Origin: Escherichia phage OliverMaurmann_Bas86
DNA length: 64,000 nt
Sequence record: PQ850622.1
Direction: 5' to 3' (one strand)
How positions within the stretch are numbered: position 1 is the stretch's first letter; every line of letters begins with the position of its first letter. The translations under genes were made by a program, and so were the position numbers. Below the pieces are notes generated by a model. The model was not told where the DNA came from, searched no databases, and saw nothing but the letters and a program-made list of their open reading frames with translations. This document shows, in pieces, positions 56,777 to 64,000 of this stretch.

Positions 56777-57399
56777 AATGATTCCACCAACTCTACATTA
56801 TATGATGACAGGTCTGAAGAAATATGCTTGAACTTCTCCAGAAGGTTTAAAGATTGACGACCATTGTCGCCATAACCAGCTTCAAGAAGCACGTTTCCAA
56901 CGTAAGCCCCTTTGTAATAAACTTTTCCATCGACAGGATTGATATAGATGAAACGAGTAACCAACCCTTCAAACTCTGGATTAAACAGGTTGTACACCAA
57001 TTCACCCGGAATCGAACGACCGAGAGAAGGAGGTGCACCGCGAAGTTTGTTTCCCATCAAACCTTTAGCTCTCTGACGAACAGGGTTGATATGGGTCCAG
57101 CTCACCATGTTATTGCCATGCTGAAGGTATCCTACATCTGGAGATTCCAGAATAAGGCTGTGATCAAACACTGGTATATTGCTAACAATCTGACGTTCAA
57201 ACTGACCTTCAGAGTTTTTAGTCCAACGTTCTGCCTCAAACACTAAAGACATTTCAGCGTCGTGTGAGTAGTCGTCGATATCAAAGTTACCTTGCTGACG
57301 AACATCAAGCACATATAGAGGGAGGTTTTTACCATCAGGTGATCGCTGAGCAATCCATGTTCCACAATAATAGTGTTGAAAATCTCTTAACAAGCTCAC
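56773..57399 (-). CDS. Hypothetical protein within amidoligase cluster
   Basis: 208 aa; GTG start with AAGGTGA RBS. Confidence 0.45.
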   Translation of the reverse strand: MSLLRDFQHYYCGTWIAQRSPDGKNLPLYVLDVRQQGNFDIDDYSHDAEMSLVFEAERWTKNSEGQFERQIVSNIPVFDHSLILESPDVGYLQHGNNMVSWTHINPVRQRAKGLMGNKLRGAPPSLGRSIPGELVYNLFNPEFEGLVTRFIYINPVDGKVYYKGAYVGNVLLEAGYGDNGRQSLNLLEKFKHISSDLSSYNVELVESL

Positions 57400-57408
57400 A
57401 ATATCACC

Positions 57409-58218
57409 TTATACAATCTGGAGTTTAGAGGAGAATTTATCCGCTTCTTTAACATCGTTGCTGTTGATGATGTTATGAAGCTTTTCGATTGGAAGACGAG
57501 AGTGAAGTGACATCAACACTTCCATATCACAGCCTTGAACAACCTTATCCACTTGCTCATAAACAAACTTGCGGGTTGACTTCTCACCAATCCAGAAGTT
57601 AGAAAGAGAACGATATTCAATACCGTAGTCCTTGTAACGAATAGCAGAAGCCTTTCCGTACAACTCTTTACGACGAGTGTCTTTATCCATGATTACAGCT
57701 GGCAAGGACAGGAAGTAATCACACAGCACACCCAACATCATTTGAGTTTGTCGATTGATCTCCAAAGTTCCAGAGACACCGAGGTGCACATGGCCCCCAG
57801 CAGTACGCAAACCTTTATCGGTTGCGACTGGTGAAGGGTTCTTTTGTCCAGTGAAGGCGTTGAAATCAGGAGTACAGCCAAATACAAAAGCTGACGGATG
57901 GAATGATTCAAGCTCTTCTGAAGTGAACACATGAGAGCTAATCCCAAGCGCTGCTTCCAGACCACGATCATTCAGGATTTTGTTAGTCAGATCAATACCG
58001 CGCTGAATATTATCATCAAACGCTTCAAACCCTTTCTGTGGGTTAATATCAAACTCAGCCAGAACGTTGTCTTCTTGAAGACGAACATCAGGAGCCAGAT
58101 CAATTTTGTTATCTTTAGAACATCCCAGCTTACCAGCCACAGAGGTGATAATACCGGAAGCAGTACGAACAAACATTTCCGGATCCGACCCTATTAAGAA
58201 TTTACGTTTAGTAGTCAT
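57409..58218 (-). CDS. Second GS-like COOH-NH2 ligase (phage amidoligase type)
   Basis: 269 aa; GSDPEMF and GGHVHLG. Confidence 0.5.
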   Translation of the reverse strand: MTTKRKFLIGSDPEMFVRTASGIITSVAGKLGCSKDNKIDLAPDVRLQEDNVLAEFDINPQKGFEAFDDNIQRGIDLTNKILNDRGLEAALGISSHVFTSEELESFHPSAFVFGCTPDFNAFTGQKNPSPVATDKGLRTAGGHVHLGVSGTLEINRQTQMMLGVLCDYFLSLPAVIMDKDTRRKELYGKASAIRYKDYGIEYRSLSNFWIGEKSTRKFVYEQVDKVVQGCDMEVLMSLHSRLPIEKLHNIINSNDVKEADKFSSKLQIV

Positions 58219-58685
58219 GCTTTAGTCCAACCTTTATGAGATAGATAGTTTTTAAATCTGCCACTGTGCACAGCGCCCATGTGGCCTTGATGTAAGTCGT
58301 TGCTTCTACAGAAGTCTCTAAGATTGTATATTGTTACAACCTCGCCATCTGGAGATCTAAACTTCCAAAATCTAGCATTCCCTTTCACAGCGTTTTCTTC
58401 ACTGGTCAGAAGTTGGAAATTACTTGGGTGGTTATTAAGTTTATCGCCATCGATGTGATCAACAGTCATACCATCCGGAATAGGCCCAATAAACAATTCA
58501 TACATAAGTCTATGTAATAAAAAGTTCCTTGTTATCTTTTCAGGAGCCTGAACTGTTGTAAACTTAAGATAACCATCTTTATCAGGAAACAGTTTCCTCT
58601 GTTTCCCTGTTCTTGCATGGAATATACTACCGTCTTCGAACACCAAGAAGGTAGCAACTCCGACTACTAACTCCCTAAATTCCAT
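58215..58685 (-). CDS. HNH homing endonuclease inserted in amidoligase cluster
   Basis: 156 aa; HRLMYELFIGPIPDGMTVDHIDGDKLNNHPSNFQLLTSEEN. Confidence 0.75.
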   Translation of the reverse strand: MEFRELVVGVATFLVFEDGSIFHARTGKQRKLFPDKDGYLKFTTVQAPEKITRNFLLHRLMYELFIGPIPDGMTVDHIDGDKLNNHPSNFQLLTSEENAVKGNARFWKFRSPDGEVVTIYNLRDFCRSNDLHQGHMGAVHSGRFKNYLSHKGWTKA

Positions 58686-58709
58686 AGAGAGCCAATAAGG
58701 AAAGCACGC

Positions 58710-59660
58710 TTAGTCATTGTAATACTCCACGAGTTCATCAAAAAGGGAAACAACACGAGCACCAGCTTCTTCTGGTGTCATTGAGGAAGGTACTGCTTGC
58801 ATCAGTCGTTCGATAAAACTGCGAACAGTGATTCTGTCCATACGCTGATCTAATACTTCTCGCTTGTGACCTGCACAAGTTGACCAGAGACGCAACCACT
58901 CACTCATACTTTCATAATGGTCAGGGTCTTGGTCACGACGGCGTGCCATACGACGGAGAACTCCATCATTATGGTTTCGTACATAACCATCTCGGTTATC
59001 ATCAACACCGAACACATTCTGAACCCATACGTTTTCAGAAAATTCATCAGTGGTGCAAATTAGTGGCAGAAATGCAATTGCACTCATGTCACCATCAAAA
59101 TAAGTCGCTGCTGACTCATCGGTTGAGTCTACGTCATTACTATAACACCAGCGACCAAAGAAGTTACGACTTAAACCAGCTAAGCGTAGAGCTAAACCGA
59201 TTCGTTGTCGCTTAAGCAACTCTTCCTTGTCTTGTACGCCTTCCTGAAGGAACTCCATTCCATTAAAATCACCATCCAAATAGCTACGGATGGTCATTAG
59301 TCCAGTAAACACCTTGTCTGCTGGATGGTTTCGAAGGTTCACGGCAATGGAGTTCACCGAAGTGACAGAGAACATATCTTTATAGCAAGACATTGAGTTA
59401 AAAATGTCTGTTGCTTCAACTAAAGCTCTTTCGATATCTTTAGCCGGCACGCCATAAAAATTGTGAGGCCAGAAGTTAATAACTTCAATTTCTGAAGTTC
59501 TGTCACGAAGGCTTGTTCGGTTACGACTTTCACCGTTAATGTCTGTAACAGAATACATGTGCATACAGTTAAAAGTACCAAAGCAAGCTCTTCCTTTGAA
59601 CACTGACTCACCGAAATCCTCTGCCGGTGTTACCGGAGCAATCGATGCGGAGATTGACAT
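58710..59660 (-). CDS. Hypothetical protein within amidoligase cluster
   Basis: 316 aa ORF. Confidence 0.45.
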   Translation of the reverse strand: MSISASIAPVTPAEDFGESVFKGRACFGTFNCMHMYSVTDINGESRNRTSLRDRTSEIEVINFWPHNFYGVPAKDIERALVEATDIFNSMSCYKDMFSVTSVNSIAVNLRNHPADKVFTGLMTIRSYLDGDFNGMEFLQEGVQDKEELLKRQRIGLALRLAGLSRNFFGRWCYSNDVDSTDESAATYFDGDMSAIAFLPLICTTDEFSENVWVQNVFGVDDNRDGYVRNHNDGVLRRMARRRDQDPDHYESMSEWLRLWSTCAGHKREVLDQRMDRITVRSFIERLMQAVPSSMTPEEAGARVVSLFDELVEYYND

Positions 59661-59668
59661 ATTCGCCT

Positions 59669-60886
59669 CTATTTATTAAAGAATAATTTTTCCATAATGG
59701 TTTCCCACTCTTCTGAGGGGAGGGTTGAGAACCCGTTTCCGTGAAGCCTGTTTGTCATGCAACTAATAATATTGTACATGTTGTAGCTTCGGGTGGATTC
59801 TGTTCCATTGTTCCAGTTATAACCGAAAACAATTTTATCGAAGGAGGTTTTATCCGTAGTTACTTCTCGGATGAACTCAACCAAGAGCGATTTCTCTGTG
59901 ATGACCGCACGTTCACCATCTGGCAGATTACAATACTGAGGAAGAAGGATTGGTAAGAACATCGAATTGTTCACTCGACAATCGCGCACACCTTCACTGC
60001 GATAGATTAGGCTTGAGAAGTCTTCATCACGCAGGTGTCCTTCACCTTCAGTGTATTCACACTGTCGCCATTTGGTCTGGCGAGGTTCAACCATTGTACT
60101 ACCAACGCCTACTGTATACAGAGACGCTTGGAAGATACATGAATCGTAATCATTCCCTGTTAAAGCAACTTGCTCATTGCCGAACACATCCACTGAAGAG
60201 TTGATCAGTCGGCTGAATGCAAGAGAGGCTAAAGGGGACCAACCTTTCTTATACATCTTGTTCAACATTTCATACACAGCAGATTTTTCATCATCTGTAT
60301 AGAATGTACGATTCAGCATCAGATAGAACAGAGCGCGATCAGCAGGACAACCATCAGTACAAACACCCATGAATCCTACTTCATGCCATACCAGACATGA
60401 GTCAGAATCCTTATCCATGAATGCTTCAAAGGCTTCCATTACAGCCCTGTCAGTAACATCAGGACGGTTGTTTTCTTCTGCCCATGTTTCTACATGAGAA
60501 GGAGGACGAGGGTCTCCATTCTCCACCCCTTCGCGGAAATATTGAGTGGTAATAGGCTTTTTATCACCATAACGTTTTACACCATAAGCGGGAAGGTGTG
60601 TACCAGAGTTCCAGATGTACTTAATTTCGGACATAGGCATCATGTTTTCAAGAACGTTCTCTTCAGCAGTGCCTTGACGAACCATCATATTTTCACTCCA
60701 CACCTTAATGCGGATATTCCAGCCGTAGTTGCTGTCATACGTGTTATAATAATCAGGATCACCATCTTCATCTTCATCATAATCACCACCCTGATAGTAA
60801 CCTGCTTTCAGGAAACCATAACAAGGAGGCCAGATGGTTACAACATCATCTGATTCTTTCCAGCTTTGAAGTGTTACAGGGAACAT
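59669..60886 (-). CDS. Hypothetical protein within amidoligase cluster
   Basis: 405 aa; acidic DYDEDEDGDPDYY stretch near N-terminus. Confidence 0.45.
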   Translation of the reverse strand: MFPVTLQSWKESDDVVTIWPPCYGFLKAGYYQGGDYDEDEDGDPDYYNTYDSNYGWNIRIKVWSENMMVRQGTAEENVLENMMPMSEIKYIWNSGTHLPAYGVKRYGDKKPITTQYFREGVENGDPRPPSHVETWAEENNRPDVTDRAVMEAFEAFMDKDSDSCLVWHEVGFMGVCTDGCPADRALFYLMLNRTFYTDDEKSAVYEMLNKMYKKGWSPLASLAFSRLINSSVDVFGNEQVALTGNDYDSCIFQASLYTVGVGSTMVEPRQTKWRQCEYTEGEGHLRDEDFSSLIYRSEGVRDCRVNNSMFLPILLPQYCNLPDGERAVITEKSLLVEFIREVTTDKTSFDKIVFGYNWNNGTESTRSYNMYNIISCMTNRLHGNGFSTLPSEEWETIMEKLFFNK

Positions 60887-60897
60887 CTTTTACCTCT

Positions 60898-61260
60898 TTA
60901 CTCTGCTACCAAAAGGCTCAGAGATTTGCGAATGTAGTCAATACTACGGAAGTTTCGATAGTTCTCTTGGAAGCGCATTTTTTCAAACTCTGCTTCCTGA
61001 AGCTCTACCTCTGCTGCTTTATATCCTGATAAAGCTAAACTTACCACATCCTGAGGTAAGGTATTACGACGGCGAATAAGATATTTATTCGCTTTTAGTT
61101 TACCTTGTGCACGAGCCATTTTGGCCTTTGCCGCCTTGATACCATGAGAAATCCAAAGCAGTTGCTGTTTCAGATCTTCCTCATCCATACCACCTAAATC
61201 ATTTGCTACTTTATGAAGCGTAGACAGGTTCACATGGCCTTTAATGGGGCGTAGGTTCAT
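60898..61260 (-). CDS. Hypothetical protein
   Basis: 120 aa, helical/basic. Confidence 0.45.
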   Translation of the reverse strand: MNLRPIKGHVNLSTLHKVANDLGGMDEEDLKQQLLWISHGIKAAKAKMARAQGKLKANKYLIRRRNTLPQDVVSLALSGYKAAEVELQEAEFEKMRFQENYRNFRSIDYIRKSLSLLVAE

Positions 61261-61424
61261 AACTTCTCCTGTTTGTCACATTGATTGGTTAGCCAGTTGT
61301 AAGACCCTCTGTTATTCTTGCTTAACTCGCAAGATGCAAAAGAGTACATCCTGACAAACCCCACAGTGGCTAAGCAAATAAAGATTGCTGCCAATAAGAA
61401 TTTAGCTTTCAACTTATTATCCAT
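61257..61424 (-). CDS. Small membrane/lipoprotein-like protein (55 aa), absent from ORF track
   Basis: MDNKLKAKFLLAAIFICLATVGF...; stop overlaps the next gene's ATG (ATGA); GAAGAGG RBS. Confidence 0.3.
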   Translation of the reverse strand: MDNKLKAKFLLAAIFICLATVGFVRMYSFASCELSKNNRGSYNWLTNQCDKQEKL

Positions 61425-61448
61425 ACAACCTCTTCTTTGAACTTAAAA

Positions 61449-61472
61449 AAGGACTCTCATAAGAGAGCCAAG
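61449..61472 (-). terminator. Hairpin + U6 on - strand (early-region terminator); shares a 16-nt motif with 63535-63555
   Basis: Read directly. Confidence 0.45.
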
Positions 61473-61665
61473 CTTTAAGGCCAATTAAATAGATATCACC
61501 CAATATCTGTGGATAACCTGCTCTTAAAATATTCTATCCGACGGATGTTCGAGGATTATTCCTCTCCCTAGCATCGGCCCCATACGGGAAAGATTAAATT
61601 AAGATTAGGTTAGTTGAGCCAGAATAGCTCACATAGCCCTCTGATACTCACGAGGGCTATAGATG

Positions 61666-61917
61666 TTACTCTGTATCTCCGTCGAAGCGGAGGATTGCTG
61701 TCGGAACAGGAATAACTGCCATGTCAATCTCTAAACGGAAGAGATGACCTGTGCTCAACTGAACTGCTGTTACCGGCTTAGCGATACCAGCAACAGAGGC
61801 AGAAGGGATTCGGATAAAGAATTCCCCCGGATATTCAACCGAACGAAACACATCTCCCGGTGTCATATCTTTTACTTGAACAGTAGGCTCAGGAGGTGTT
61901 TTATTGGAAATTTGCAT
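61666..61917 (-). CDS. Small early hypothetical protein
   Basis: 83 aa ORF; loosely resembles the ORFs at 62770 and 63037. Confidence 0.4.
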   Translation of the reverse strand: MQISNKTPPEPTVQVKDMTPGDVFRSVEYPGEFFIRIPSASVAGIAKPVTAVQLSTGHLFRLEIDMAVIPVPTAILRFDGDTE

Positions 61918-62150
61918 TACAAACCTTTCTTAGCACGATCTTTGGCAGTCTTGCCAGTGCGAATACGGTGGGAAACATTAACCAGTTCGCCGCCTTCGAC
62001 GATGGTTACGCTTTTATTTTTCGCAATATCGAATACAGTCTTCTCTGTACCGCCCAGACGAATCTGTTTAGGTTCGCTGTGGGTCTGAGTTGATTTAGAC
62101 TGGAACTGGAACGGCTGACGGATGGCATCAATTGCGCTAACTTTAGACAT
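61917..62150 (-). CDS. Small basic early hypothetical protein
   Basis: 77 aa ORF. Confidence 0.4.
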   Translation of the reverse strand: MSKVSAIDAIRQPFQFQSKSTQTHSEPKQIRLGGTEKTVFDIAKNKSVTIVEGGELVNVSHRIRTGKTAKDRAKKGL

Positions 62151-62177
62151 GCTTTATTACCTTACATTAAAGAGAGA

Positions 62178-62606
62178 TTAAACAACAAATTGGAACGCTT
62201 CGTATCCAAACTTGTATGAGAAGTCATGCTTGAATTTCACTACACGACCACGATCACGGAAAGATTTCAGACGACTAATAAAGCCAGCCATCGGCTCAGG
62301 GTCAATAGGGCTACGAATCTTCATAGCTACAGAGTGCAGCTTGAAGCGTTTACCAGTGCTACAGGCCATCATCACATACTCCATACGAGTAGTCCAGATG
62401 TTGAGCACCATGCTTGTTTTCTCCGCTGACCAACCAGTCTTGCGGGCGATTTCTTTATGGACATTAAGCTCCAAAGGAAGAGGGAATTGCTTGTTGAATG
62501 AAGCCGGATATAGCTTGACCAGAAGGTCAATGTTTTCTTTATACGTTAAGTAAGCCAATTTCTTGCTTACGTTAGGGAATTTCCCAGACATTTTTTGAAG
62601 CTCCAA
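62178..62606 (-). CDS. ProQ/FinO-domain-like protein (possible RNA chaperone)
   Basis: 142 aa; LVKLYPASFNKQFPLPLEL...GWS...VLNIWT...GKRFKL loosely follows the ProQ N-terminal pattern as recalled. Confidence 0.35.
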   Translation of the reverse strand: MELQKMSGKFPNVSKKLAYLTYKENIDLLVKLYPASFNKQFPLPLELNVHKEIARKTGWSAEKTSMVLNIWTTRMEYVMMACSTGKRFKLHSVAMKIRSPIDPEPMAGFISRLKSFRDRGRVVKFKHDFSYKFGYEAFQFVV

Positions 62607-62769
62607 AACAGCGCCGAAAAGAGAGGCGTCATAGTAGCTAAAGGGAGGAGAGAAGAGGGCTTATTTACTTGCCTTTTTCTGTCCGTTAATGTACCAGAGA
62701 ACTGAGCCATCAGGCTGTCGCTGACCGAAGCCTTTCAGGTTAACCATTTCTTCTTCAGAGTAGGCACGT

Positions 62770-63033
62770 TTATTCACTGATCTTCTCCACTAAATCCAGA
62801 GTTGCCGATTCAAACACAACACCAACTGGCATACTAGGTGCCATATTACGAACGTATCCACTCTGCATAGACACGGCTCGAGAGTATTCAGAACCGTTAG
62901 AGCTTTTGTTTACCTTCATGTAAAGGGTTTGTTCTTTATCTTCTTTCAGAGTAAAGAAAGAGCCGGGAAGAAGCCCCTGAACAGTCAGAGGGATATCTGC
63001 AACATGAGTCTTATTGATAGTAAGAACTGTCAT
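62770..63033 (-). CDS. Small early hypothetical protein
   Basis: 87 aa ORF. Confidence 0.4.
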   Translation of the reverse strand: MTVLTINKTHVADIPLTVQGLLPGSFFTLKEDKEQTLYMKVNKSSNGSEYSRAVSMQSGYVRNMAPSMPVGVVFESATLDLVEKISE

Positions 63034-63036
63034 TGC

Positions 63037-63291
63037 TTATTCCTTAATAGTTGCTTCAGCTTTAATAGGAATAACAGCAACATCTTTACGAGGTGCTGTC
63101 GCTCGGCCCGTATTAAGACAGGCTACAAGTCTGTGCTCATCCGCACCCTTAATACAGAGTCGAGTAGAGAACTCGGTAGACAATAAGATGTACAAATCAT
63201 CATCTTCACTATTAGGGAACATGAAGCAATCCCCGAGTCGTAAAGCACTGAGAGGTATTGCATTCTTACCTGCTGGTTTGTTAACTTTCAT
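63037..63291 (-). CDS. Small early hypothetical protein
   Basis: 84 aa; AAGGTGG RBS. Confidence 0.4.
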   Translation of the reverse strand: MKVNKPAGKNAIPLSALRLGDCFMFPNSEDDDLYILLSTEFSTRLCIKGADEHRLVACLNTGRATAPRKDVAVIPIKAEATIKE

Positions 63292-63534
63292 TTAACCACC
63301 TTTAGTTATGGACCGATTTATGAGAGAACTCTTGGAAGAATGCTTTCATAAATAGGGGGAGGGGACGAATCCTCCCATATCCTATTAATTAATATTGCAT
63401 GTAAGATCTAACAATTCGATGCTGTAGTGGATAGCGTAAAACGCTTACCGGCATTAAACCCAGCCCATGAGGGGCTTATGTGAATAAAATGCTCAACATT
63501 GAGCGGTTAGTTGATAGGAGATCTGAAGTCCTAT

Positions 63535-63555
63535 CTCAAAGGACTCTCGTAAGAA
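63535..63555 (-). terminator. Hairpin (7-bp stem, 4-nt loop) + UUU on - strand
   Basis: Read directly; shares AAGGACTCTC(G/A)TAAGA with 61449-61465. Confidence 0.35.
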
Positions 63556-63567
63556 TCCTTCACGATA

Positions 63568-63834
63568 TTACTTAGTAACAAAGACTGTCACCTTATCCAT
63601 TACCCAGCCTATCAACATAAGTAAAGGTAAGAAGAGGATAAAGATCAGCATAAAAGGCCAGAAGAATATCACCGTCCAAATAGAGTATTCATCAGGCTTA
63701 CCACTCCACGAGGAATGGAAGAAGTTGTAGAGTGTATTGGTTTTGAAGCACCACTTAACTACAATGGCTGCCAACCACCAACCAATAACATAAATCAGGA
63801 GGACATACGCTGCTGTAACCATTGACCGTTCCAT
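63568..63834 (-). CDS. Small two-TM membrane protein
   Basis: 88 aa with two long hydrophobic segments. Confidence 0.4.
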   Translation of the reverse strand: MERSMVTAAYVLLIYVIGWWLAAIVVKWCFKTNTLYNFFHSSWSGKPDEYSIWTVIFFWPFMLIFILFLPLLMLIGWVMDKVTVFVTK

Positions 63835-64000
63835 TGATAGTTGCGAGTGACCACGTTTCCGTGGATAAGAAAGTGCTGTCGACGAAGGGTATCTTTAACG
63901 TTGTAATAGGCAGCGTTTCCAAGATGGCCTTCTTTGATAAGCCAACGCAGGTTGCGAATACCAACTAACAACATAAGTACTTGTTGCTTGTATGAAGTTT

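Noticed and set aside
61508-61519. Single DnaA-box-like 9-mer (TTATCCACA on the - strand)
   Set aside because: One isolated 9-mer is within chance expectation for 64 kb on two strands, and there is no cluster of boxes or adjacent AT-rich unwinding element.
1-64000. Integrase, repressor or other lysogeny genes, and tRNA genes
   Set aside because: None recognised; gene content points to a lytic phage. A formal tRNA scan was not possible by eye.

Overview
The window looks like most of a lytic, tailed dsDNA phage genome (podovirus-like; probably a phiEco32/Kuravirus-type phage, inferred from the phage-encoded sigma factor, the recurring TAATGTATA motif and the amidoligase gene set). No integrase, tRNA or CRISPR array was seen. 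Layout: a + strand morphogenesis block at 1-29538 (terminase large subunit, portal, scaffold, major capsid with a likely -1 frameshift Ig-like extension, tail fibers, a holin-like/lysozyme pair, internal virion proteins) converges at a bidirectional terminator near 29.55 kb with a - strand early/middle block at 29636-64000. The - strand block holds replication and nucleotide-metabolism genes (family A DNA polymerase, primase-helicase, separate 3'-5' and 5'-3' exonucleases, SSB, PhoH, ThyX-like, dCTP deaminase, dNMP kinase-like, thioredoxin-like), a sigma-70-family factor, six HNH homing-endonuclease genes and many small unknown ORFs. The most interesting region is 50.7-60.9 kb: an uncharacterised cluster of ATP-grasp, class-II glutamine amidotransferase, two glutamine-synthetase-like amidoligases and a gamma-glutamyl-cyclotransferase-like gene, likely a peptide/amide ligation or modification system. 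Two genes appear to start at ATT codons with well-spaced Shine-Dalgarno sequences. All calls come from reading the ORF translations and the DNA by eye; family assignments rest on remembered motifs, no searches were run, and hand-derived coordinates for short motifs may be off by 1-2 nt.
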